Positions 38,154 through 51,100 of a stretch of 64,000 bases of DNA are shown piece by piece. Made by a program: the position numbers and the translations under genes. How positions within the stretch are numbered: the stretch's first letter is position 1; every line of letters starts with the position of its first letter. The notes under the pieces were generated by a model, which saw only the letters and a program-made list of their open reading frames with translations, was not told the DNA's origin and made no database searches. Source of the stretch: Amoebophrya sp. A120 (Eukaryota; Protista; Dinoflagellata); NCBI GenBank assembly GCA_905178155.1, contig CAJINV010000001.1, forward strand, positions 7,776,579-7,840,578, read 5' to 3'.

Positions 38154-41100
38154 TCATGCACGGGGCATGCCGTCACCACCTGTGCCTGGAGTTGGAGTTG
38201 GAGGTGGACATGGGCGTGGAGACTCGGAGTCCGCCCTCCTGAACGCACCATCTTCGGCGTTGCTTCCCGGGCTTAGTCCACCCCGTGCCGCTGCCACTTG
38301 TTCCCCCTCAGCGGTATCCGCAAAAGGAGCGGCAGCCCCGTCTCCTTGAGGTCTCATGCCGCGAACTTCCGGGGACGATGGCGGCTGCTGGTCTTGCCGC
38401 TCGTCGGAACCGCGACCTGCGTGTAATCGTGGTTGCACTTGATCCCGCTGCAGCTGCCCCGCCTCGCCGAGCGACTCGGGTGCGCGACTGTCATGGAGAC
38501 CGCCTGCGCCGTCGGGAGCACCACTTAAGGTACCATTATTCCCGCCTGGAAGCTGCATAGGCGGGCCAGCCGGACTGCTAGAATTGCTACTGATTCCGCT
38601 TCCCGCCCCGCTGCCGGGAGCAGTTGTGGAGGAACAGGAATCCGGACAATCGCAGCTCGTGCGGCGCGGCTGGTTTTCCATCTGAGCTTGAACTGCATCA
38701 ACCGCCTGCTGGACCAGTATGTCCTGACTGCTCACCACGTCTCTCCGAAGCGCAGATGCCTTTCCTTCAGCCGAGCCGGCGGGTGTTCTGTCGACGCCTG
38801 GTGCGCCGCCGGCTGGCGTTGCCGGGCTCGGCTTCGCTGTGTGGATGTCGTAAGCCTCGCGCGGGCGCGTGGGAATGCGATCCGATTCTTCAGCCCTTCG
38901 CCGTCCATTTTGGTAGGCGTGCAGAAATCCAGCCGGGTGGACGCCTGCAAACCCGGGGTACTGTCCTCGTGGGTGCTGACCATGATGCAAGGGGTGACCC
39001 ACTGGTCCGGCGGCTTGTCGATTGATAAGGTCCTCCTCGAAGCCACACGACGACTCCTCGTCCCCAGCATCCGCGGCGAGGCCAACTCCAGGTCCGCCTC
39101 CACCTCCTTCACCATGCGGATGGTGTTGATAAATGCCGCGTTGTTCAGATGCCTGCTGCTCCACTTGTGGTAATGGCGCGGGTTCTCGCCGCGGCCGGGG
39201 CGGGGGCGGGCTTCCGCCGCCCGGGGGAGATCCGGGGCCGTACCCGCCCTCCGCTCCCCAGAACAAGTCTTCCTCATCAACTTCCTCCGGGGCTCCGTGA
39301 CGATGTTCGTACTGGATACTGAGTCCGGACACCCGGTGACCTGCTGGCGTAAACAAACAATGCAACGTGCCTGATGAACAGCCGGTTTCAGAATCAAGGA
39401 GCGAGATCGATCTCACCCGCTGCGGGTCGGCAATTGCGACCGCGCTGACATGGACCACCCGACCGGCGTTGTGTAGATCGTGGTTTCCCTGTTGTCCAGC
39501 AGAGTGGAGTATGTATCGCGAGCACGCCCTCTGTCCCTGGCTAATCCGCTGGCTTGCTACGTGGTGCGGGGCAACGTGGTGGCGCAGCTGCGGATCTATT
39601 GCGCTGGCCCTTCCACCCCGCTCTTCGCGAACCGCGTGCCCGTGAGAAAGGCCCCTTGGGGCAGCACTCGCCACTTGCATTTGCTGGTTACCGCTGCGAG
39701 CATCTGGGCCGGCTCCTAGCGCCGGCAGTGACGCGGGTCGCGGAGGGGGTTGGCCGGACCCCTGACCACCCGGAATTCGCTGGCTCGGAGCCGGTGTTGA
39801 AGGTGGTCCCATCGCACCAAGCCTGTCACGGTCACGTTGTGTCGAACCTGAGCCTCCGGACGAGTTATTGCTTCCGCTTCCCGGAGAATCGTCTGTTGCC
39901 GTCGGCGCAGCATGTTGTTGCTGGTCAGGACTGCTCGGGGGTGCAACCAATCCGGTCCGCCCCCCCGGTTCCGTGCCGTTCGGCGATCCTTCCGCGGGTG
40001 CGTCCGAAGGCACCGCCGCCTCTCCTCCACCATCTTCACCTTCACGCTGCTGCTGCTGCTCGGGGCTGCCTTATGCAAACAGAACTACCTGGCCACGAGC
40101 CGTAACAATGTTTGTGGAACAATGGTCTGGTCTTTCATTTCGCATTCGGTTTCGGATACTATTTATTGAATGTCGTAGCATGATTTATAAACTAGGTACA
40201 TCCACCATGCAAGAAGTTCTTTATTACTCAAGGTGACGACTGATGTGGTCAGGTTTCTCTCTGCGTAGCAATCGGGGATGAAGAAATCCTCCCTGAACTC
40301 CAGGTGCGGCCATCCGCGGGCTTCCGCCGGCTTGAGAAGAGGGTTGAGGACTACCTTGGACACTCGCGGACGGCGGGAGTCCGCCGGGCCACCTTGCCCT
40401 CCCACGTGCCCCAGGAGAAGAGCCGGGTATGGACGGTGGTGCCGCAGGTGTGCTACAGTGATGTGAAAATTGCCTGCCCTCTCCACCCGGGGGGCTTGCC
40501 CCGCCGAACAGGTTCGGGTAGGATCCCAGTTGAAGTCCTGGGTGCGGAACCTGTCCGTGCCAATAGCTCTCTCCGCTACCCGGACCTGCAAAAGCTTGCG
40601 GTCCGCCTGGTGGTTGATAATGCGGCTCTGCAAATAATCCGCCTGCTCCGTCGCTCGGTAATTGGCCTGTGCCGGCGCCACCCTGTGGTCCGGGGCGTAG
40701 AAATCCCGAAGGGTCGGAATGAGACGTACCGTTTCCCGCATGCAAATATGGGGTGCCCGGACCTAGGAGAGCCGGTCCATGTCCCGGCAGAGAACCGGAC
40801 GGATCGTGCGCCGGGTGGCCCCAGTGCGCCGGAGGGGGGCCTGCAGGTCCGCTCGGATGCTGGTGCGGTCCCGCGCCGCCGGCGCCGCCTGCGAGTTGCC
40901 CGGGCACTTGGTGCGGCATGAGACCGCCCCCTACGGGAGTTGGTGGTGGTGCCGGGGGTGGTGCGGCACCTGCGCCACTGCCGGGAGCGACGCCGCTCGT
41001 TCCGCCGCCCGGAGGTGAACCACCTGTGCCGTTCCCGGGTGCTGGTGCTGGGTGTTGTTGGTGTTGCAGTGATGGTCCGCTGGCAGGGCCGCCACCTGGC

Positions 41101-41981
41101 GGGCCGCCGCCCGGCTGCCCGCTGACTTGTCCGCCACTTGGTTGGCCGCCGGTTTGTCCGCTACCTGGCTGCCCAACACCGTGTCCGCTACCTGGCTGCC
41201 CAACACTGTGTCCGTTACCTGGCTGCCCAACACCGTGTCCGTTACCTGGCTGCCCAACACCGTGTCCGTTACCTGGCTGCCCAACACCGTGTCCGTTACC
41301 TGGCTGCCCAGCACCGTGTCCGTTACCTGGCTGCCCAGCACCGGGTCCGTTACCGCCGCCTTGCCCGCCGCCCGGCGGTGGTGGTGGAGGAGGGCCGCCA
41401 TTACCACCCCCTGGTGGCTGTGGTGGGGGTGGTCCGCCACCCACCGGGGGCGGTGGTGGGGGTGGTCCGCCACCGGCCACGATCACGGGTGCAGTGGGTC
41501 CAGATGGCGGCACAGGCACAGTAGTGGGTTGTGCTGGATTCAGCCACGGGAACAGGAGCGCCGCGTTTTCGTCTGGTGTGCTATTGGTGTGGTGCTGCAA
41601 CACGGTCCAAGCGATCAGGCACGTGACGACCAGAGACAGGACCACTACAGCCCCTACCAGGAGGCTGTAGCCCGGACCCACCATACTGCTGAAAAATCCG
41701 TCCTTGCCGCACTGCTGGTGCTGCTCGACGGACGTGGTGCGACTGACCGGCCCACCCGTGTGCGGCTCCCGCGGCTGGTCTAGGTCCGCTTGCTGCATCG
41801 CCGCCCCTCCGAAGGACATGCGGTTGAAGTTGGTCCCGCCTCCGCCCGAAAGCGCGTACTCCGCGGGCACGCGGGAGTCAATCAGCAACGCGCGGCTTTC
41901 GGGGATGGCGGGCGGCAAAAAGTCGCCGTACTTGTCTTTCTTGGTCATGCCAGTGAAACTGTCCTCGTCCTGCGCTGCCAA
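38154..41981 (-). CDS. Single-pass membrane protein with a long Gly/Pro/Gln/His-rich region (ORFs 40224..41981 and 38154..40013, probably one spliced gene)
   Basis: TM LLVGAVVVLSLVVTCLIAWTVL followed by poly-Pro and GQPGNGHGV repeats. An AT-rich intron-like gap lies at about 40065-40227. Both ORFs start at non-ATG codons. Confidence 0.6.
41157..41354. repeat. Coding 27-bp tandem repeat, about 7 copies (GQPGNGHGV)
   Basis: Unit acctggctgcccaacaccgtgtccgtt repeated head to tail. Confidence 0.95.
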
Positions 41982-42303
41982 TGCTGCTGCGTCGTCGTAG
42001 TCGTTGTAAAACTTATCTACATGCGGTGCCTGGTCCTGTGGTTATCATCAAAATTAATTTTCGCGAGGGCGAGTAGAGTTAAATAATATCACGGATCGGA
42101 TCCGGGACGGGGTCCAGCATGAGCGTACACGACACGAACGATCATTCATCCATGAAATTGAAAAATTATGGATGGTGGTGAGAAGTGAAACACACAAGCG
42201 CGGCGATTCTCAAGTTTGACAGTAATGTCCATGCACGAATAATCGGATGTAGATCTTTGCCTCTATCGTCAAGACATAGAAGAAGTGCTTAGGAACGATC
42301 CAT

Positions 42304-44703
42304 CTATACTCTCGACAGCCGGGGCACGAACGCCGAGTGCGACGGCCGCATGTTGGGGGCACCGCTACTCTTGGCGCGGGTTTGCTGTGCGGAGCCGCTG
42401 TTGCTGCCTGTGGGTCCCCCGGGCTTGCGCGTTAGACAAACCGACTTCGCGCGCTGGCGGCCATCGGCATCACTGTCGGAATCGAGCGGTTGCTGGTCCA
42501 TGTTGCCGAGTTGCTGAAAACGCGACCGCGCGTGCACTCGTTTGTTGGACGAGAAAGCCGGGTGGGGAACGGGCAGAGGGGGATCCCCTGAGGCACGAAT
42601 GATTTTGGCCCGATGCATCCGGTGCTGGCTGGTGTTTCGCTTCGGCGGACCCGGAGGACCCCCAGGGCCTCCGAAGTTATACTGGTTTTTGTTGTTGTGA
42701 AACTGCTCGCGCCGCCTGCTGTGATTGCGTTCCCGCTCCTGTTGCTGCTCACACTGCTGCTTCTGCATCCCCTCCCTGTTTATTTGTGATGAAAAAACAT
42801 TCCTTTTTGATGTTAAAGTGCAGGAATAAAAGATGCGAACCAACTATCTCCCTCTGGCCGCAAGCACATCATTGTCATCGCCATCTTCGTCTACGCAGAT
42901 AAAAAGTCGGGACAACGAAACAAAGCGTATCACTTGTTCCTGCCAAAAGTAGAGTAGATACTTACCACCACGCGTCACCCTGGTGTGGTCCATGCTGCGG
43001 AAGGTTTGCCGGGTACTCGCAGGGGGTCATTTGACTTTGCGTGCTCGTGGGACTGTTTTTGTTTGTCTGCAGCGGAAGCGGACTTTTCGTCGGGGGTGGC
43101 GGCCCAGTCTGGGCGGGGAAAAACCTTTGAATTGATGTTCGTTGCATGTTGAAAAGTTGTTTTGCCACAATATCAACAAGGTTGTGACCACATCGAAATC
43201 CACACATCGACAAGATCGATGACGACAGTAATTCCTTCCACATCGACAAGATCGATGAGGATGACAGTCATCTTCATTTCTACAAAACAACCTTCGCCGC
43301 GCGGTCAGAAAAAAGCATAGCCTTCATAGTATGTATGTACCTGTCAGGTGTTTGCGAGATCCGTTGGTGGTGCTGGGGCCCACCCACGGCGTCTTCGGTA
43401 TCGTGAGAAAAAGCTGAATTAGTCTCAACTTGTGATGCACAACTTCCTTCAGACAGTTTTTCTTTTTTGAGATGCTGATGCTCGGAATGCGAGAATAAAG
43501 TCGTTCGTCATAGGTGTTTTCCTTTGGGTGTGACACACCACAGGTTTTCCGCGTCATGCGGCCGAGGAAGCTTTGCTTGCTGAGTCTGCAAAGATTTTGA
43601 GACTAAAACAGTTTTTTCTTGCGATATTCGGGAAGTGGCGGCGACTGTCCGCTGTCCGCATGCCGTTGCCCAGAACCAGGAGAACGGCACGACCGTGTCG
43701 TCCGGTCGGCGCCAGAACTGTGAATGCCATCCGTGCCAGAGACCTGTAGTTCGAACGAGAATTTGAATTGCCCAAAGCTCTTGCTCGTCAAACGAAAATC
43801 ATGTAAATCCAAATGCAAAACTCAAATCGCGGGGTCGTAAACTTTTTCAGCGACTGGCGTCAAAATAAAGCCAGCGACGAGATATATATCTCATCTTTTC
43901 TTTATTATACTGCTCGTCCAACATTTTTCTTACCCGTTGCGCACCGCCGAGATCCGATCCAACAGGGAGATGAATGTCCGGGCTAAATTTGTTCTGCGAC
44001 GCGAATTTGGGAAACGTGATTTCTGACTGCTTCTGGGTTCTCTTCGCCAACGGGGCTCCGGACGACACCGGGTGTAGCGACTGCGTGCTGTGAACAAAAA
44101 TTTATGGAACTAGAACTTTCAAGAGAATCCGCGCAACCGGTATAGTACGGAAAAATCTCATTTATATTGCAATTCTCGCGCAGTGAAAATGTGGACATGG
44201 CTGTCTGCTGTTAGCACCTGCGGTGCGCACGAGCTGCTGATAGATTGAACCAAAGATTGATGGTTTTGCGCCTTTTCTCAGGCAAACAAAAGATGAAAGA
44301 TCTACACTTACAAATTCGAGAAGCATCCTCCATTCGGCGTGCCAGTTGGAATAGGCAAGATCCCAGATTGCAGCGGCAGACCCAGACCCGGCAGGACTGG
44401 GGCCTCTTGAGCAACGGGAGTGGTGATGTTGAGCGGGCTGGCGTTTTGGGCCGGGAGCGCAGGGAAGGCGGTGTTGCCGGTGGATTTGGGCGGCTGCTCC
44501 TGAAAGAAGAACTCTGGCGCGCCTCCGCCTGCTCCATGTGGAGCCACCGGCTCTTCCGGCAACTCAAGCAGCTCCGGCATCTTCGCAATGTTCTTCCGCT
44601 TTCGATGTCCTCGCTCGGGGGCTACCAGTGTTGCAGCTTTCGTCTTGGATGATAGTGATTTCTTTTCCGGCCATATTTCGACTTCGCGAAAAAAACTTCG
44701 CAA
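42304..44703 (-). CDS. Multi-exon low-complexity coding region, possibly the 5' part of the 38154-41981 gene; start not determined
   Basis: A phase-consistent GT-AG chain links ORFs 44308..44703, 43847..44068, 43603..43818, (introner), 43341-43393, 42962..43249 and 42304..42843. Confidence 0.55.
43399..43626. mobile_element. Introner/MITE family B-related (228 bp), TSD ttcgg
   Basis: TIR tatcgtgagaaaaagctgaattagtctcaa / ttgagactaaaacagttttttcttgcgata. ttcgg at 43394-43398 and 43627-43631. Removal gives PPLPE|DAVGG. Confidence 0.9.
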
Positions 44704-47700
44704 TTCATTTTTTCACCGTTGATGACTTGTTTTGCGGCTGCCACGGTGCACAGGCAACTACACCACTCCTGCTGCATTTTCCTTGTCCAGTTTATTTCCG
44801 ACATCGGCTAAGAGTTCTTGATTGCAAATAAAACGGAGGTAGTGACAGGGCTCGTTGTCGCTAAAACGCAGCGGAAAACCACCTTTAGAATTACCGTCAA
44901 AATAGTGGTGGCTCTATGTCACCAGCTGCCTGAAGATATCTTTGCGAAGTCGTTATCACTGTCCGAGACCGTTGCTGTTGTAGGGTGACAATTTTCAGTG
45001 CTGGTTGCTGTTCCCCCGACCCTTGGTGGTCCAACTGCCGCAAGACCAGCAGCACAGGTCGTGAGGGTCTTTCTCTTTTGTTTTTTGTCGTAAAATCTGG
45101 TGTCGTTTTGAAATGAAATCCGACGAAGCGTGGAGTCCGCGCCGCCTCCGGAAGTTTTAAAGTTGCTTCTAAAACGGCCGCCTCCGGTTCTTTTTCGTTT
45201 CGAAAAGAGCCAACGAGGCTTTGGTTTTTTCCTTATTTTTCTTTATTTCGTCCTCCTACTTGCTTGGCATGAGAAAGAGATAATCCTCTTCTTCTCGAAG
45301 ACGTCCTGTTCTTTCCACTTCGCAGCGAAGGAATAAAATGGGGTTGCTCTTTCTACTTCTCTGCTAGTTGCCGACTTTTCAATCGCATCACGACAAATGT
45401 TCATGTTGAAGTGCTCCTCCTCTTCTTGATCGACCGTTCGTTCCTGTCGTAGTTCCGCAGCAGCCCAACACCTAGTAGTGGAAGAAGCGCCGTAGCGTCA
45501 AAAGAACGCTGTCCGCCGTGTTGATGTTGAATCGTTGCTGGCGATTCGTTGTTCCGATGTGATTCTTGTAGTTCGCGTCTTCTTTTGTGGCGGCTCTGCT
45601 GGCTGTTATATTGGATTTTGATTTTCTGTCTTCCTACTGGCACCAGCTCTCGTAGTCAGTACGCAGTTCCGAGGGGCCAAGCTGCGAGTTCGCCGTCTCG
45701 AGTGGTGCTTGCTGGGAGTGTTGGATCGGTGCCAGAGACAAAAAAATCGAACTGATTCTGATTGCTCAAAGGAAATATCACATCTATTCGACCTTCTAGA
45801 TGAGGACAGAAACTACATATGTAAAACGCTACTTTCTTGCCCACGCGCTCCGAACCCGACCCCACCTATTGTTTTTAGTGCGAAACTTATTCTTTCCTTC
45901 AGACAATGACAAGTCGGAAAGAAAGAGGATAGAAGCACAAAGACAAAAGAGAAACTCACGGAAAAATATTGACAATTTACGTACTATCACGGCAAAAACT
46001 TGCACTCTAGAATTGCTAAGCAAGGAGATTATTAGTCCTTCATCAGTCCTGTCATGAGGGGATACACCGCGAGTTAAAATCAAACAGATTCCTGTCGCAC
46101 GTTAGGGTTATAACTTTACAGTCTTCAAAACAGTTGCTGAGAGTTTTTAGCTGATGTAAAGAGTCAAAACGGGCATGAATATCTATCTACAGGAAAGGTA
46201 AAAGGTTAAGGCAGCATAGTTTCTATTCAAGCTCTGACCAAAAATATTGCCGATATCCGCTACCGCATCATGGAGAAGCTTCTCCATTAAGTTCGAGCAA
46301 GTGGTATACCCAATGCTGTTACCAATAAATTAAGAATATTTCAAAGCTGCGTGGGACTTTCATTTTTGGGTGTATCTCGTGCTTCTTGTAAAAAAAGCTT
46401 GTTGTTGTTATTATTTGAGTATTGTTTCAACTTTCTGAATCGTTCGTCTTATCGTTCGTCTTGATACATATCGAACTTGTTCTTTTACGAGTTAGTTTCT
46501 GCTTTCGACGACTTGCTACTCTTTCAAACAAAGAAATTGATAGTACAGGAAAATCGAAAACAGAAAAAGAAACGCTTTTCTACCAACAGTATCTAAAAAC
46601 AATTACAGCACTTTAATATTCACCTATTGGATACAATGTGCGCGTCTTCGCGATTGCTCGACAATGACGAGAACAAAAATACGACTACTGAAAGGTGGAC
46701 CAGTTGTACTTTCTCTCGGCTGACCACCTTATCCTTTAGTTCACTGACCGGGTTTTGGATGAGCTTCAGCTAGGTGCAGGTCCTCGTGAACGCAAAAATT
46801 AAAATCCAAAACCAAGATGAAAATCGAAAAAATATAAATAGAAATCAAAATACCAACTCGCTTTGCATGAATGCAGATTCGAAAAAAAACAAGTTGCTGC
46901 AATTAATAGAATATTACAAGTGCGATCTTTATGGTTGGTCTGGCTACGCAAAAAAACTAATCGAGATCCAGAACGACCACAACCAGAACCATTGAAGGAA
47001 CGAAAATCAAAATGGGTATGTTCAGATCAAAATTACAGATCCTCGGGGCAAAAATCGCAGAGACACAACGTTGATGCCGGACGAGTAGAAATAACTAGCT
47101 CCAGGAACACGGGTTCTTGTTTGGTTTCAGATCAAATATCCAGGCACTTGCTGCCGCAGTCGCACTTCTGAAGAAGCGCCTCTGGTAGTAACTAACGAGA
47201 TCTTTATGGCTGCAGCTTTCTTTTTGCTCTTATCCAAGATTGCTCATCGAAAATCCTTCGCCTGTCAGGTCAAAGCCGCGGTGGTCTCTCTGTACAGGAC
47301 AACATGATCACAACTGACGGCGGTCGATTTCGAAAAGATGGTACAAGTACGAGCACATAAAAGACCAACATAGCTACAGTTTTTTTCAAATGCAAAAACT
47401 TTGGATTTATTTGCGTCAAATCGAATTCTACATCGCCACTTAGCTGCTATTCGTACAACGTGTCCCAGATCTACCTGCTCCGCTGGCACAGTTGAATCAT
47501 TCTGAATCAATAGTATGTAGTAGTGCATGCACGAAAGAGAGCGAAACATATTTCACTTTCCGAGCACCAGTTGGTGTAAGTGCGGTGGCCTGAGTAGATC
47601 GATTCAATTCTATATTCTTGGAAGACGAATTAAATTTGGTACATGTAAAGCGAAAGTGGAGTCTTTTAATTTTTCTGCACGGATGATGTTGAAAGTCTGC

Positions 47701-48193
47701 TTCTCCTAGCTGTTCAACGATAGCTGTGCAACAGTGTAAGCGTACTTCCGACGCTTTTAGAGACAGAGAGAGAGCGAGCGCGCGTAAAGTACGACTGAGG
47801 GAAGCAGTCTGAATGCTGACGGGAAAAATAGTGAAAAATGTAAAGCAGAAGATGGAAATGAAATGCAAAAACCAGAAGTGCTGAACAAGGTGCAACTAGT
47901 GAAAAGCTGCAACTCTAAAGCGAAAGGAGATACTAGTACGTAAGAATGAAAGTGTTTGCTGTAATAGTTACCGAATAAAAAAATTGAAAATGCGTCTGAT
48001 AGGCATAGTTACTAAATTGAAAAACCAACTCCTCCTCCTCGAAGTTGTCATGAAAACAAATTTTTTCCGAACGCCCCCCGCGAATGCAAGGCTGGAAAAC
48101 TCGAGATTTCCACCGATTGCCTCGGAATAACAGTGACGATGTTCATGATTGTCGCTGTCCTCTGCCGGTATAACAAATTTCCTCACTGTGCTC

Positions 48194-51100
48194 TCACTTA
48201 TCGTCCTGTTCGCGGCGATCGACAATGGCCGTGTCAGAATGGGCCTCCTTCAGCCCGTCCGTGTTTGCGATGCCGACGCCCACGTTTTTCTCGATGAACA
48301 GGGCATCCACGTTCTGGTGTGCGCGCTTCGCAATCTCCTGCTCGTCCACCATGTCCGCCACGGTCGACATGGCCTCCAGCATCCAGGGGTTTCCGCCCCG
48401 GGGTCCCACCCGCAGGTACCCGTTCTCACCGTAGGAATCGCCCCAGGAGTTCTGCAGGATCCAGTACGGGTAGCCGCCCCACCGGCACATGGTGTCCTGG
48501 GCCTCGCACGCCGCCTGCGTGGTCAGCTTCGCGCACATGTGGCGCCCATCGTTCTGCCCGCCGCGGTAGAAACAGGAAGTCTCCCCCTCGTCGACGCCCC
48601 AACTGTTTATGATTCATTGCGTTTTCTTTCGAACATGTATCATACCGCTACTTCCTGCATAATTGACCGTTAGTTTCGAGCATACTTGTATATTCATACC
48701 ATTTCTCCGAAAATTTGAGTATGCAAAAGGCGATAAGAAAGACCCACCTATGCAAAATCCTGACAACGTGGAAGGAGAAAATGAAAAAATATTAGCCACA
48801 TAAATTTACCCGACAATCAGCAGCGCGTGGTCCAGCTTGCGAAAGGTGAAGCAGGTGGTCTTGTCGCAGTCAGCTTTGTTGTCCGGAGGGTAGACCTTCA
48901 TCAGTTCCCCGTCCTTGGTTTCCATCTCGGGAACTTCGTGCAGAATTCCGCCCTTGTAGAACTGAAACAGCGAGTAGTCGTTGCCGCGAGGCTCCATCGC
49001 CGCCGTGATCGGGCCGCCCTTGAACACCTCCTCGCGCATCAGCCGCTCGCACATGTTGTGGTGCCCGCACCGTCCCAAGGCGGATCCGATGTACCGCCAG
49101 TTGGCAATCCTGTGTTTGGAAGGTGGTTCGCGTTTCGTTTGTTTCCACTATTTTCGGACAACATTCAACTATTTTCGGAAGACATTCAACTATTTTCGAA
49201 CCAACAACATTCACCTATTTCCGGATATATAACATTCAACTATTTGCAGCCGAAATTCAACTATTTCCGGCCAAAATTCAACTATTTCCGCCCAAAATCT
49301 AACTATTTGCGGACAAAATTCAAATATTTTGAGATAACGACAAGAACCATCAATTATTTGCGGGCAAAATTCAACTATTTTCAGTGAGTGATCAACTATG
49401 TACGGACGAAACTCAACGATTTTCAACCAATAGTCAACTATTTTGGCAAAATTTGAGGTAGGCTTCGCCTATACATGGTGCGGGTCAACTATTTCCAAGC
49501 AAACTTCACCTATTTTTCGCCAAAATTCAACTATTACTATTTTTGTAATAAGCAACGAGAATACCGAAAGTGCGCCCGCTGCGCGCACTCTTGCGACTCC
49601 TGCATGTCTTGGTGGCTGCGGATCTTCGCGCACTTCTGCACGCCTTCGCCGCTGAGGGACGACCAGCAGGATTTGGTGACCAGGTCGTGCTGCGAACCCC
49701 ACATGTGCGAGAGCCAGGGGTAGCCGCCGTCGCAGCCCTCGTTGAGCCAGTTGCACTCGGTCTGCTGGTCCAGGGAGATCACCTCTTCCACCTTGCCGTT
49801 GTCGCCCGCCCACTGCTCCTTCAGCTCGGGGTACTTGAAGATGAGGCGCGTGGTGTACATGTTGGAGGCCGCGGCCGCGTAGCAGTTTCCGCAGGAGCCC
49901 TGTTCCATGGCGGGGATGGAGAAATCGCTGTACTCCTTGCCGTTGATGGTCAGCACCAGTTTGCGAAAGTCAAAGTACTTCTCCGTGTCGCGCCAGTCGT
50001 CGTACTTGATCGGCGTGCGCGTGCCGTCCTCGTGCTGCAGCTCGAACGTGCGGCCGTCGCTGTAGAACCGGAGCATCTCGCCGGCGCGGGGGCCCCAGAT
50101 CTCGCCGATCTCGTCGGGGGTGAGCTGCGAGGGGTCCACTTTCAGCTGGTGGGCAATGTCGTTGATCTCCTCTGACGCGTGGTTTTCGGCCGGCCCCAGG
50201 TTCTGCCCCGTGGAAAACCCGTACAGCCCGGCGACCGGGTCCACGGCGTTCTTGCGGCGCGCCTCGTTCGACTCGATCAGCTTTTCCACGTCGGAGTGCT
50301 CGTGCAACTCGATGCCCAGGTGCTTGCTGCGGTCCTGCAGGAACTTCTGCAGTTCTTCCTCGTTCATCAGCTGGAACCGCACCTTGTGCTCCGCCTCCTT
50401 CAGCTTTTCGTGCTGGTCGACCAGGTCCGTGTGGACCTCCTTGATCGACTTCCGCAGCGTCGCTTCTTGGTTCGACAACTCGTCCAACTCCCGCTGGCGC
50501 TCCGCGACGTTCTGCTCCGACTGCAGTTGCAACTGCTCCTGCGCGAGCTGCTGCTCCACGTCCGGAGTGGTGGACTTCAGGACGGCGAGCTGCTCGTTCA
50601 ACATTTTCATCTGCTCGTCGATCTCCGCGATCTCCTGGTTGATCACGTGCTCGGTGGTGGTTTGGTGCTTCGCGGAGGTGCTGGTACTCGTTGCAGCGGC
50701 GGCCTGCTTCGCGAGGGCGTGCGGGCCGCTGGGCATCACGAACGCCACCGTGTAGCAGCCAGCGAGGAGGAGCACTCCGGTTCCGATGTAAAATCGGGCG
50801 CGACTCTTCTCGGAGAAAATGGACGGGTACATGCCAACCTTGTTGCCGGGCTTCAACGTAGCAGGGGTGAGTGGTTGGGTCGGCGCGTCGACAACATCCT
50901 TGTCAACCAACAGCTTGGTCGTCGGCTCATCCGGGTCCTCGTTGTCGTTCTGCGCGCCCTAAAGTGGGGATTTAATGAGGATTCAATATGATCATTGGGT
51001 TTGATTGTGTTCTGGACCTGAATTACGGATGCCTTTTCGAAAACTACTTTGGAGAAATTGTTCCAAATAAATGCAAATCGAACTCAAAATGTGTACTCCA

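Noticed and set aside
43189-43280. Short duplication cacatcgacaagatcgatga (2 copies)
   Set aside because: Local intronic slippage duplication; not CRISPR-like and no further structure.
44141-44160. tatagtacggaaaaat matches the TAT-N7-AAAAA end pattern
   Set aside because: No partner TIR or TSD found; it lies inside a canonical intron.
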